A stretch of 64,000 nt of DNA, taken from Vitrella brassicaformis CCMP3155 (lineage: Eukaryota > Protista > Chromerida). The DNA is taken from positions 1 through 64,000 of the forward strand of contig CDMY01000781.1 of NCBI GenBank assembly GCA_001179505.1, read 5' to 3'. Shown in pieces: positions 1 through 12,300 of this stretch. Below the pieces are notes generated by a model, which was not told the DNA's origin, made no database searches, and saw only the letters and a program-made list of their open reading frames with translations. A program made the position numbers and the translations under genes. Position 1 is the first letter of the stretch. The number at the start of each line of letters is the position of its first letter.

Positions 1-412
1 GCTCAGGCACACATGCGGTGAGACAAGCAAGGCGCACACTGCACACGTTCCCGCACAAGAGCCTGCTGTGGATGTGCTATGTATCTCCTTCTGTAGCATC
101 ACCCGTCAAGGCCGTACGAAGGCGTTCAACGTGTCGCGACTCCTCCCGCCCTTCCCGTTCGCGCCCCACAACACCATCGACTTCCCCCTGTCCTTCTCCA
201 TCTCGGTTGAGAACGGGAAGACCGCCCGGGCCTTCGTCTGCCCCGTTGCCGACAACGGGGACCAGCAGATGCGCGAGTTTGTCGGGCGAGGTACACCAAT
301 CCACTACGTCAACACGAACACCAATCCACTCTTTGTGGCCTGCCAACACCCTGAGCACCGGGAGGCATGCCAACTCAGCCGAAGGCCCTCGGCGAAAGGT
401 TGCGAGCTGTAA
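1..412 (+). CDS. 3' part of a hypothetical protein carrying one copy of an unrecognised beta-rich repeat domain (5' end outside the window)
   Basis: The phase-2 intron 18-96 (GTGAG...CTGTAG) joins AQAHMR to ITRQGRTKAFNVSRLLPPFPF...FSISVENGKTARAFV...YVNTNTNPL. TAA at 410-412. It may instead splice on to the 541 exon. Confidence 0.55.
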   Translation, partial: LRHTCGETSKAHTAHVPAQEPAVDVLCISFCSITRQGRTKAFNVSRLLPPFPFAPHNTIDFPLSFSISVENGKTARAFVCPVADNGDQQMREFVGRGTPIHYVNTNTNPLFVACQHPEHREACQLSRRPSAKGCEL

Positions 413-540
413 GGCAACGCGATCCATCCCAGCTCCGCTCTTCGTTCGGCTTTTCCTCCTCGCGTTTCGCTGCTTTGGTTGGTTCTCGCTTGCAAGGTCT
501 TTGCGTCGTCTCATTTGGTTGGACCTGTTGCCTGCGTGGG

Positions 541-2508
541 ATGATGGAGGCTCACGTGGCACCTGCGAAGATCGACGGCGGCCGTGTTGTCATCGACGGA
601 ACGGACTGGACCGCCACCGCGTCGCTCAACGTGTCCAATCTGGTCACGAACCGCCCATTCGTCGGCGTGCCCGGCGTCAGCACGCTCCCCGACTTCATCT
701 ATGTCAATACGAACTCCAATCCACTCCCACTGAGTCTCCAGGGCGCACAAGTGTCGAAGTCCGAGGAGTTCGGGTCGTTGCTGTTCATCCCATCGGCCAG
801 CGTCGCTGCCGCGCTTCCTGTGGTACGTACGAATGAAACACGCCTTCTTGGGGTCGTGGGTGGGTGGGTGAGTGGGTGCGTGGCTCACGAATGCGTGTCT
901 CTGGCGGTTTGTGTGCAGGGCGCGCAGAAAGCCAACCTGACGCTCGTTCAACTCGACGCCAAGTCGCAGCTCAGGTGCGACAAGCTTGCTACACTCACTG
1001 CACAGAAACGTCTATGACTCTGTACCTACACATACATGCCGTGTCTCTTCTTCTGCAGGGTCAAGACGCAGGGCAACACTTCCGTGTTCTGCGTGTCGAG
1101 GTACCTGGGCCCCCACCGGTTTGACCGTTTGGGTGTCATCGACTTCCCCTGCTCGTTCGCCATCGCACTCGGGCCAAACGACTCGGCCAAGGGGTTCCTG
1201 TACCCCGACGAACTCCCGAGGGTCGAAATCACCGACTTCTTCGACCGCTCGACTCGCCACGCGGGGCTGCCAGACCTGCCTCGCCGTCGTCATCAAATCC
1301 GCCCCCTCCACCCCTCCCTCACCAGACAGTGCAGCGGCTGCTGCTGCGTCGGCGGCAGGCGATGGCGGCCAGGAGAGCGAGAGTTCCGACGAGAACGGAG
1401 ACGAGGGTGAGAAGGGGAGTGAGGACTCTCACACTGAGGAGGAAGGCGAGGAGGGGAGTGAGGACGATGCCGACGACGAGAGCAGCGAGGCCGACACCTC
1501 GGGTCAATTGGACGACGAAACCGAGCCCGCGTCTGGCGGAGGCTATCTCAGAATGCGCCGACTCAGCGGAGGTACGAGAGGCACATACGTGTGGTCACGT
1601 ACTCATGCACACGTGTCTCGGGCGGCTCGGTGTGTGTATGTTGTGTGTGCAGGACAAGTATGTGAGGGACGGCCACAGCCTCATGCTCAAGTGCAAGGGC
1701 CGGTCCGACCGAATGAGCTCTCACCCACACGCCATTACCAAAATCAAGATGGTCCACAAGGACGTCAAGAAGCACCTCGGGTGAGACAAGCCAGGCGCAC
1801 ACAGCACTGCGAACGCTTGACAGAAAAGCTTCTGGGTGTGCTTGCAGTGTGTGTGTGTTGGGCGCCGAGTCGGTGTTCCGGGTGTCCCGCTACATGCTGT
1901 TCCCCTTCCGCCGCAACCATGACCAGCAATGCCAGCCGCGCATCCGCTGCAAGATGGAGTTCAGCATCGCCCTCGCCCACGACACGGTCGCGCGGGCGGT
2001 CGTTGTGCACAACAAGACGTACGAGCGCACCAAGGTGACAACATTCTTCGACCCCGCAGCGTGCCGCGCCACGCTCGAAGACCTCCCTTCAGAGGATCGC
2101 ATCAGGATTACCATCTGCCCCTCCCCCTCCCCCTCCCCATCCCTCCATCGGCATCGGCGTCTGTGTCTGCGTCTGCGTCAGCATCGTCCTCGGCGTCCGC
2201 GTGTGTGTCTGCCTCTGATGGCCGCGACATGCGACAAGGCTGACGCAGCCGCCGCTGGTGCTGCTGGTGTGGGGGGGCATGCGGCGCGTGCGGGGGCGCC
2301 TGAGGGCGCCGATGAGGCGTCGTCGTGTCGTGCTGAGGTGCCTGAGGGGTGCGGGGCTGGCGGGGCTGCGAGCGAGGGCAATGATGAATGGGTGGACCAT
2401 GGCAAGGACGACCATGACAAGGACCGCCACCAGCCGCCCATCGATTTCAAGATGGAACTCGGAGGAGACGAGGAGGGAGCAGAGGGGGCGAGAGTGGCGG
2501 TAGCGTGA
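541..2508 (+). CDS. Hypothetical multi-repeat protein (three further copies of the same domain plus an acidic linker); apparently frameshifted
   Basis: In-phase GT-AG introns at 823-918, 975-1058 and 1781-1847. Repeats ...SVFCVSRY...FAIAL...ITDFFD...DLP and ...SVFRVSRY...FSIAL...VTTFFD...DLP. The best coding frame appears to switch near 1280 and 1530. Confidence 0.5.
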
Positions 2509-2586
2509 GGTATCTTGGCGGTCCAATTGACGTCGCATCTCTCTTATGACGTGGTGTGTATGTTTTGTCTCAGGTGTCTCGATCTG

Positions 2587-2607
2587 ATTGCTGCCTGCAT
2601 TTTATAT
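2587..2607 (+). repeat. 21-bp motif copy 1 (ATTGCTGCCTGCATTTTATAT)
   Basis: Direct sequence match to the copies at 3449, 34017 and 34851. Confidence 0.8.
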
Positions 2608-2684
2608 TCCCTGGCCGGTCTTTATCGTCGCGCTGCTCATGGACAGAGAGAGAGATAGGGGGAGTCGAGAGAGAGATATATAGA

Positions 2685-3393
2685 ATGCCTTCTCCCACAC
2701 CCACCACCGCCAACGTGAGGCGGACACTATTGGGTAGGGGAATTCCCGTGCCGGACGTCTATGCGGACGACCGCCGCTCGTTCCGACGCAAGTGGATAAG
2801 CCTCATGCGCGACCACCCGGAGGTGGGGAGGGAGGGAGGCACATGCACCATTGCGCAATGGCACCCGGGGCATCGACGACGTTCATTCGTTTCTTCTCTC
2901 ACTGCAGGACTACTCTCAGTGGTATGACTCGGTCAGCGGGACTCAGGAGGCGGCGGACATTGCCGTCATGATTTTCGGATACAAGGAACATGTGGAGAAG
3001 GTGCGTCAGACGCACATCTAGCCACACATGGAGCACCTGACACTCTCTGCTGTGCTGTGCGGTGCCGTTTTGCAGAAGACGGCTGAGGCGAAGGCTGCGA
3101 AGGCCGCCAAGGATCCCCCCGCCAGCACCACCCGCCAGCAGCAGCAGCCCACTCAGTCAGCCAGCGGACATCAGCCGTCTGGTGCAGGGGCCGGTGCGGA
3201 TGGGTCGTCAGATGGGTGGACTGACCCGGACGATGAAGAGTGGAATGAGGTCCTGGCAGCGGTAGATAAGGCGCAGGCCTTGGGGTGGCTTGCCCCGGGC
3301 TTGCTCCGTAGAACCAACGCCCACACACGAGTGCGAAGGCTACCAGAGCCGCGAAGGATGCCACCGCCAGCAGCAGCATCAGACCCACCATGA
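2685..3393 (+). CDS. Small three-exon hypothetical protein ending in a shared DGWT-x-PDD-x-EWNEVL module
   Basis: MPSPTPT...MRDHPE | DYSQWY...EHVEK | KTAEAK...SDGWTDPDDEEWNEVLAAVDKAQALGWL...; both introns are phase 0 with GT-AG ends. Confidence 0.55.
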
Positions 3394-3448
3394 GCAGGCC
3401 ACGCAGATCCCCGGCGTCACAGGCTGCCTTGCACACAGGCTGCCTTGT

Positions 3449-3469
3449 ATCGCTGCTTGCATTTTATAT
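3449..3469 (+). repeat. 21-bp motif copy 2 (ATCGCTGCTTGCATTTTATAT)
   Basis: Direct repeat of the 2587-2607 copy, 862 bp downstream. Confidence 0.8.
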
Positions 3470-3934
3470 TTGCGGGCCTATCATTCCATGTTCCTGCACA
3501 CCACTGGATGGCCGAGACGGCAGTCGATGCAGCCATTCGCGTATGGAACTTCTGACTTGTGTCTGGCTGACTCGCTTGCTCGGGCGGTACTCGCGCAGGG
3601 ATGGGCGACTTTCCTGGCAGAGACATGGAGACAATGTGTTGCCAAGTGCCTTATCGATTTTGTCAACGGGTGCGTTGGTTCTACGTGCTGCCCTTGCGAA
3701 ATCAGCCCCCGCACTCGATGTCTCCAAGTACGAGTGGCGGTGTCTCGTGGTTTTGGCTGGTGACAATGACGGTCAACATCTTCTGACGGATGCAATATCG
3801 CTGCCCGCCATATTTGACGTGAATGAGTGTTTGTACGAATGCACACGAAGACCATGAAAATGATTGACATCCATCCCACATCCATTGATTGCACCCTCAC
3901 AGTATGGTCTCCCACGAGCACACCCGGTCAGTCG

Positions 3935-4940
3935 TCCGTCTCCCCCAGCCCCTCAGTGAGTCGTCTCCCCTATCCACACACTCACCCTCTGCACCAGCCC
4001 TTGTGTCGATACTTTATGTGCACGCCCACACGTCCGCCGCACACGGAGGGTCAGATGAAGAACGTGTCACTGATTGCACACCTTCATCCATCCATCCAGT
4101 ATCTGTCAGTCGTCCCTCTCCCCAAGCCACTCAGTCGTCTCCCCGAGACACACATCGTGATACCCTCTGCACTGACCCTCCCGCTCACACTGACTGCTCG
4201 TAGATACCCCACCCCTCCCCCTCCCCCCGCCGCCCCTCTCTGTCTGCCGTCTACTTCGCTCCGCCGTGCTGCTGCGATGGCTGGCCCGGGATGATTGGCA
4301 TCGGGACGCCAGTGTAGGGCGCCATGGGCACCACGGGGTAGTGGGCAGCCATGGGGGGGCCGCCGGGAATGGGCGGGTGAGTCAGGCCGGGCGGCGGGGC
4401 CGGAGCGTGGCTGGAAGCCACCATGACGGCAGGGGGAGCACCCTGCATCACACAGACAGACATGTGTGTGAGCGCTTGTTGGATCTCATGGCGCCTTCCT
4501 GGCCTCTCACAATCTGTGTGTTTACTTGCTGCTGTCCGCCCGTCTGAGCCATTCCTGCAACTACGCCAGGTACGCCAAACGTCTGCATCAGAGCCACACA
4601 CATGCAGCAACACACGACGTTATCCATGAGATGTCGGCGTGTGTGTTTACATCGTACCGCTGCTGGGGGAGGTGGTGCAGGGGGATCGAGCAAGCCCCAG
4701 GCCCGCGCCTTATCTTCCGCTGCCAGGACCTCATTCCACTCTGCATCGTCCGGCTCGGTCCACCCATCTGACGACTGAGCGGATGGACCGACCATCGCCG
4801 CATCAGACGGCGGATGTCCGCTGGGTGGCTGAGGGGAGGGCTGGGGCACCATGACCACTGCATGGCGGCGGTGAGGAGTAAACCAATTGGAGTAAACTTG
4901 CACTGAAAGGCTTTCTTGGTACTTGTACTCTCCACCAACG

Positions 4941-4987
<47 letters not shown>

Positions 4988-5020
4988 GTGTGTGTCCCTC
5001 CTTGATGCTCACGCGCACCC
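3935..5020 (-). repeat. Left arm of an inverted segmental duplication
   Basis: The reverse complement matches ~13252-14690 across exons, introns, 3' flank and the upstream (GACA)n tract. Boundaries are approximate. Confidence 0.85.
4251..4852 (-). CDS. Pro/Gly-rich small hypothetical protein (left-arm copy)
   Basis: MVPQPSPQPPSGH...DGWTEPDDAEWNEVLAA...PPAA | TFGVPGVVAGMAQTGGQQQ | GAPPAVM...SQQHGGAK*; two phase-0 GT-AG introns. Confidence 0.55.
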
Positions 5021-5045
5021 GTCTTTGCAAAGCGGCCTGCGAATC

Positions 5046-5064
5046 TGCAAGCTCAAAGCTCGCA
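5046..5064. promoter_or_regulatory. Inverted TGCGAGCT-type pair (TGCAAGCT-CAA-AGCTCGCA) centred between divergent genes
   Basis: 194 bp from ATG 4852 (-) and 202 bp from ATG 5266 (+). Same arrangement as at 16541-16559. Confidence 0.55.
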
Positions 5065-5265
5065 CATTCGAGTTTAGCCATCCTCGCTATGATAGCTTTC
5101 TGCTTTGGCTTTCTGGTGGAAATTTTGGTTCTCCACAACATCACAGCCCGTCAGAGAGGTCTTCCCATCCGATCAGATGGCTATTTGACTCATCACCGCT
5201 GTTGAGCAGTAGGAGTCGGCGGAGCAGCGCTACCCATAGCAGCATCCGGCCTCATCGCGCGCAAG

Positions 5266-5917
5266 ATGGCACAGCGCGAGAAGGAGGATGCTCCCCTCTC
5301 CCGCCTTCCCCGCCCAGTTCGCCCCGTCACCTTGCAGAAGCTCCTCGACCAGAGGGAGCTGCGGGTGCTGCCCAGGGCAGAGAAGCTGCTCGACAAGATC
5401 GGGCGCTGGCTCGAGATGGACAGGGTGGACAGCGTGAAGGCGCACATGTACATCAGGGCACTGTGCTTCGTTCTGGCGGTATGCACGCACAGGGGGGGCA
5501 ACGGGATGGTGTGGTGTGGTGTGGTGTGCAGTCCATGCAGTGAGACATGTTTCGCTGTTTGTGGTGTGGTGTGGTGTCAATGTGTCAGGGTGGTGCCTTC
5601 AATCGGCCCGCGTCGGACGATTGGTCGTTCAAGCCGTGGCAGCAGCTGATGGCCGACGCTCAGGCTCTCGTGCAGCGCCTGGTGCCCATCGCCAGCACCA
5701 TCCCCCGACCTCCCATCCTCACACACAAGCGTGAAAAGCCGCCTGAGGGGCCGCTTTCCGGCACCACCGGCTTCTTCACCAGCCTCTTCCGGCACGAGAT
5801 CTTCTCAAAGCTCCGGACGGAGATTCGTCGTCATGGCGACTTCAACACCACACGACAGCTGCTGCAGACCGCCACCGGGTGGCTCTGGCCAGGTACGTAT
5901 GGGTAGAATGATAGAGG

Positions 5918-5949
<32 letters not shown>

Positions 5950-8900
5950 GCTGAGGGGTGCTCACCTGTCCGTGTGCGTGTTTGTGTGTCAGATACCGTC
6001 GTGACCGTGCTCATGGATGACGTCACCAAGAACACCCCAACAGAGGCGACGGAGGCACTGCCGGCCATCATTGAACAGCCGTAAGCTTAACTGGCGTACA
6101 CCAAACACACACGACATCATTTCTGCGTCTCTCTTGGTGTCCTGCTGGCCAGACATGTGGAGTCGTCTGAGGCCGACGAGTGCCCCCCTCTCACCGCCCT
6201 GCTGCCCGACGCCATCGCCCCCACCCACCCGCCCGACACTCACAAGATGGCCCCCTACCAGGTGCGATTCCAGCAGCTTTGTGAGAAGCTGCACACCGCG
6301 CATGCCGCGTCAGACACTCCGGCGCCTCACACGAGCGAGTACCGGACGGCCATGAAAGAGGGGTACGACGAGTGTCTGTCGCTGGGCAAGGAGATGGAGA
6401 AGCTGGCGTGTGAGGGCGAGCCACACGTGCCGTGGCATTTTCTCGCCGCCATTCTCGAGACTCTGGTGGGTGGGCGAAATGCAAGGGAGGGGAGGCAAGG
6501 GGAGAGGACGTCATGCGTGTGCGTCTGTGGATGCCATGGCGTTCAGGACGCCTGGGGGGACCCCGGCAGCAGCCGCCTGTCGTCGAAGGAGGGCAGCCGC
6601 CTGTCGGCGGAAATCGCAGACAAAGGGGAGACCACCTGGGGCGCCATCACTGGGTGGGACACCCGTGTGGGGCTCTTTGGGTCGCTCCACACCATCCGCA
6701 CCCACTTTGGCATTGACGCATCACGTAAGAGAGGAGAGGGAGAGAGGGAGGGAGAGGGATAGCATGCGTGTGGAATGGTCACTTGTGTGTTGTGATGTGT
6801 TCCGGTGCCGTCAGTGACTGAGTTTGCGACGTTGCTGGAATCGCAGCCTCAGATCTGTCTGGCGTACGCAAGCACGACCAACACCAGCCAATATGCGCTG
6901 TCATGTCTGCAACATCTGTGCGTGGGTGCTTCCGTCCCTCAGGTACATGAAGAGGTTCCTGCAAGTGCGCGGCACCATGAGCCACTGCATTGCAAGTGCG
7001 CGGCCCGACGTGAGCCCCCCCCTCCCGATGCTGACTCACCTGACGATTCAGCCCGACCTCATCAACACCACACAGGCGGCACCACCACCCAAGCCGTACG
7101 CCACGACCATCGAACAGGTACACACACACACACTCGGCAGACAAGAAGGATGTGTGTGTATCGACTCTTTCCGTGTGTGCGTGTGTGATAACCCAGGCCG
7201 TCATCCTCATAGAGTACCTCGAGAAGTTTAGGGAGGACAGCGGCGTCTACAAGAACGATGAGTATCGCCGGCTCACAGACGACCTGTACCACGAAAGCGT
7301 TGCATTCCTCGCACTCGTACGCACATCAATCAATCAATTACACACACACACACACACTGCTCACACCCCTCTCTCCCTCTCTGTTTGTGCCTCTCTCTCT
7401 GTGGTCAGAGCCGCAAGGAGCGCACGACGGTGACACCGTGCCTCTTCCGTCTGGTCCAGGAGATCTTCATGGTGGTCGACCAGCAGCGGCAGAGATGCCT
7501 CCCCGAGCCCATCCCCGACAGCACTCTGCCCCCGCTGGCCCTCTTCGGGCGCTTCATGGTGCTGCAAGGGTCTACCAACAGCTGCAAGGGGGCCGTGTTT
7601 CTGTTGCATGAGCTCACACAATGCGGCACAGCAATGAGCAACGGCATTGATGGTCAGACAAAAGTCAATCATTCCCGTTGCCATGTGCGCGTAATGTCCC
7701 TCTCTCTCTCTCTGCTTGGTTGGTTGGTTGGTTGGTCGTTGCAGTGAGCACGATTCAGTGGGCGTTTCCCTGGCTGGACACCAACATGACCTTCGAGGGC
7801 CTGATGGAGCAGTACAGCCGCTACCTCACCATCGACTTCAAGACACACACGACAGAGGACAGGTAGGTGGGTGGGCGAGACGGCCAGTGGTCCAAGCAGT
7901 CACTGAAGAGATGGAAAGACGTCTGTTTCGGCTTTTGTGTGGCAGCATCGGATCGATGATCGCAGCATTGACTTCCCCTGAGGCCCTTCTGGAGCCCGAG
8001 ATCCATCGTGACCAGGACAGCGAACCCGACGAGGCCAAAGAGCAGCTCGAGCGCTACCTCAAACCCGGTGACATGCAGCCTGACAGGTGGGTGGGTGGGC
8101 GGGCGGACACGCACATGCTCATGTGATGCCAAAAGGGCCTCACTCACTCACTCACTCACTCATGCGTGTGTGTTATTGTGTCGTGTGTTGTGTATGTGTG
8201 GTCCATCTCTCGCAGCGGAGCCGCCGAGGACACCGACGTCGTCAGCGCACCCGCCGACGTACGTCCGGACAGACGCACCCCACATCGTGCCACGACATGT
8301 GCGAAACCTATGCCATGGTGTGTGCTGTCTTCTTGCGTGTGCGTGCAGCAGCAGGGCGGTGAGCAGGACAGCCTCCCAGACAGACGCCCATGGGACGAGG
8401 CCGCAGTCGAGAGGATCCAAGGAGATCCTTGCCCAGGAGGAGAAGCTCCGAGCGCAGGAGGAGAGGGAGAGGAAGAAGCGGGAGGTGACGACCGCCATGG
8501 AGGCGCAGGCCATTGGGTTGGGCGACGTCTCACCGGCCCAGTCGCCGGCCACGGCGTTCTGGACAACAGAGGTGCAGCGGCGTGCGGCAGAGATGGATCG
8601 TCTCCCAGCAGACAAGAGCAGGGAGGACAAGCGCAGCGAGGGCAGAGGCAAAGAGAGAAGGAGGGGGGGAACTCGCAACTACCGGAAGCAGACCGAGACC
8701 AACATGGGAGGGTGAGTCGAGTCAGATCAGACAGGAACGAGAAGACACATACGTACCTGACGGTCCTGTCGGTCCTCACGTCTGTGCTGTGCATGCTATG
8801 GTGCCTGCATGTAGATGGCACCTGATGTACGTAGAGGGGGACGTAGAGACCGCTATGGGGGTCGCTGTCGGCGATTGGGGCTGCCTCGAGGGTGCCGGTG

Positions 8901-8950
8901 ACACAGATGACGAGTCGCGAGACGAGGAGCAAGCTCAGCAAGACATGTAA
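5266..8950 (+). pseudogene. Large multi-exon lineage-specific hypothetical gene with an apparent +1 frameshift (pseudogene or assembly error)
   Basis: About 12 GT-AG introns join in phase from MAQREKE to ...QQDM*, except at 8417-8418, where removing one C gives ...VERIKEILAQEEKLR.... No recognised domain. Confidence 0.5.
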
Positions 8951-8992
8951 GCACCGGACAGGACCCGAGCATTCAAACTGCCGCTGACCCCC

Positions 8993-9292
8993 NNNNNNNN
9001 NNNNNNNNNNNNNNNNNNNNNNNNNNNNNNNNNNNNNNNNNNNNNNNNNNNNNNNNNNNNNNNNNNNNNNNNNNNNNNNNNNNNNNNNNNNNNNNNNNNN
9101 NNNNNNNNNNNNNNNNNNNNNNNNNNNNNNNNNNNNNNNNNNNNNNNNNNNNNNNNNNNNNNNNNNNNNNNNNNNNNNNNNNNNNNNNNNNNNNNNNNNN
9201 NNNNNNNNNNNNNNNNNNNNNNNNNNNNNNNNNNNNNNNNNNNNNNNNNNNNNNNNNNNNNNNNNNNNNNNNNNNNNNNNNNNNNNNNNNNN
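8993..9292. other. Assembly gap (300 N) flanked by C runs
   Basis: Run of N in the sequence. Confidence 0.98.
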
Positions 9293-9335
9293 CCCCCCCC
9301 CCCCCCTTCTCCCTCCCTCTGTGCGTGTGGTGCAG

Positions 9336-12300
9336 GGGAGGCTCTCCTCCCGCTTCGCCATTTCTCGGTGCTTCACCTGGACCGGCGAACCGAGATGAGA
9401 CGCGGCGGCTCCTGACCGTGATGGAGTGGCTGCGCGACAGGGTCGTTCAAGACCAGGACGTCTTCAACGCATTAATTCTTGTACAGACATACTCATACAG
9501 CACACAGGGCACCCCACATGCAACCAAGCACATCACATTCATGTGTTCCGTCTTGTGTGTCGGTGTGTGTCAGCAGCTGCCCAACGTCTCCCCCAGAAAC
9601 GAGTTCGTGGCGCGTCTGCAGCACATGAAAGCGGAGCAGAGGCAGCGTCTGCGGCGCATGAAAGCGGAGCACAGGCAGCGCCGCGAGCATGCCAAAGCGG
9701 CCAAGAGGATCGAAAAGAAGCTTCTCGCACAAGTTGAGAGGGAGTCTGCAGCAGCTGCCGCTTCTCACAACAATCCCGAGGCCGAGAGCCACACCAGGCC
9801 GCCACAGCAAGATGGTAACAAGAAGCGCAAGGGCAAGAAGCGCAAGGGCAAGAAGCAGCCGTCCAAGCGCAGCCAGCCCATGCACCCCAACCCCGCCAAC
9901 ACATTCAATGCCGACGACCAGGAAGAAGAGCTGGAGCAAGATGACGAACACGAGAACGAGCAGCAGGACGACGACCAGGACCAGCACCCCCGTCCCTTCA
10001 CGAGCAGGAACCTCAACGAGACCGAGGAGGGCCGGCAGGGGCAGCAGCAGCAGGAGAAATACCAGCAGCGCGGTATGGGTGTCGAAGGGGACGTGGCGTC
10101 GCGTGTGGGGGAGCATCGTGATACCGATGGGGGCGGCGACGGCTTCGGCTGGGGCAACTTTGGAGACGACAACGGCAATGGCGGCGAGCACGCCCAACCG
10201 TCCCTCGCACAGGAGGGAGAGCAGCAGCAGCAGCAGCAGGGTGTGGGTGACCATGACCACCCCAGCATTCCACCCAACGAACGTACATTGGCACCCATCC
10301 TTCAGCCGCAGGTCATGCTGAATCTGCCTGCTCCCGCCCCCGCAGTGGATCCTCCGACCGGCCAGCGCCGCTGGCATGGGCAGATGGCGCAGTGTGTGGT
10401 GGGTGCGGCTGGAGGCGAGGGCCAGGGGGCGGGGGGTGGCGACAAGGGTGGCAGCAGGGATGGAACGAACAAGGAGGAGAAGAAGACTGACAAAAAACTG
10501 TGAGCAAAGAAGCAAGACAGACAGACAGACAGACACCCAAGGCAATGGACACATGGCATTGCCTTCGCCTCCTGTTTGCCTGTCAGCATGTGGGGTGGGG
10601 GGTCGGGCTCAGCTGCGTCCCAGCCCACATCGAGCGGCCATGTGCAGAACGGCATCCTGGTTCAGCTCGTCAAGGGTCTCACCAACGGCTGTTCGCGGGA
10701 GGTGATCGTCATCTTCCACTTGAAGGGCTTCTCCAACATCTGCGGACGCTCAGGTGGGACAGACACATGAACAAGCCACGAAAACGCCTCTCCCATCCAT
10801 CCATCCGTGGCTCACGTGGCTTCCTTCTATGTTGTCTTGTGCTGTGCAGTGGCCATTCTCGGCAGCTGGGGCGCCTCTCCCCAGGCGAGCTCTTTGGAAG
10901 ACGACGAGCTCGACGACCTCGACCAGCTCCCTGCACCTCGAGCTCAGCGGATGGACCCCTGCCTGAACCACCCGTGGTCGCACTACACGCTGACCGTGAC
11001 ACTGCCTGCGGGCACACAGCACCAGTATCGCTACGTGGAGTTTGACGCTGGCGAGTCGATCGCGCCCTCGCAGACCGAACCCCGCACCCTGACGGTCCCC
11101 ACACACTGCGACCTGCTCATCGTGGGCGACGAATACAAGAAGACCGGCCCGGCCCGTCCCCTCTACTCACACGTGAGCAGCAACGACACCGCACCGCTAT
11201 TGCTGCGTGTTGCTGATGGATGCATCTTGGTCCTTCTCCCTTGCCTGTCTTTCCTCTCTGTCAGACGTTCGCCTTCGCTCACAAGCCGGACCGAACCTTC
11301 CTCTCGCTCCCAACCAACGCCACCGACGCCACCCGGCAGCTGCTGCTGGGCATCGCAGAAGGCAAGATCAACAGCATCGAGACCATGCAGCTGCGGCTGG
11401 ACCACGGAGGCGACGCAAGTGTGGTGGTCAATCGGTGCGACGGGTGGTCGGCGGGCGGCGTCGTGTCAATCACACCCAAGTCGCTGGTGGAGCTGGCGAT
11501 CGAGTATGGGGGTGTGCAGTGGGATCTGTGTGGCGTGGTGGATGCCCTGCTGGAGGGGCAGGGGCAGGGGGGGGCCGACGTCGACTGTGGGCGTCCCAGC
11601 CTGCCGGCAGCCACACAGCTGGTGATGCCGACGCTCGTCGACACGTTGCTCAACCACCACCCCGCCCTGGACGGCCTCGAGCTCCTTCACAAGGTGGCCT
11701 GTGCAAACGGTGCACCAGGCGACAAGTTCGCCATCGTGACGTCCCTCCTGGCTGCATCCCCTTCCCTCGCCACCGAGCATGACCAACACCAGGCCGCACC
11801 CCCTTTTCACTTCTTCTGCCAGTTCCCTCTCGACAACCCCGTGGCACAGCAGCAGCTGCTGCTGTCCCTGATCACGCATGCCGGGGACGCCGCCACCCTG
11901 TCGGCGCGTGACACGTTCGGCTACGGCCCCATCCACCGCGCGGCACTGACGGCCAACCCCTCCGACCGAGCCACCATCCCCATGCTGTGCAGCGCCAAGA
12001 AAGACGTCAACGAGACGGCGGGCCCTCCTGCATCCGGGAACATGCGCGGCAAGCCCCTCCAGCTGGCAGCGCGCAAGGTCGCCTACAAGGCCGCCAGCGG
12101 GCCGATCGACCATACCCATGCCGTCTTGCTGACGCTGCTGCAGTGTGGTGCATCCCTGGCGGCTGCGGGGGTCAATCTTCCCACACAGTCGGGGGCTGAC
12201 AAGCGGCAGGAGTGGGAGGCGGAGGTGCTCAAGGCATACCGATTCTACCTGACCGAAGCGCTGCCCACAGTGGTCATCCGCACCATCGGCACGGCGCTCC

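Noticed and set aside
4940-4990. (TGTC)n, (CCAT)n and (GAGG)n arrays as CRISPR-like or functional arrays
   Set aside because: Simple microsatellites without spacers, common throughout introns and intergenic DNA.
8156-9376. 406-aa ORF on the minus strand
   Set aside because: It runs through the N gap and is antisense to a better-supported plus-strand gene; an artefact.
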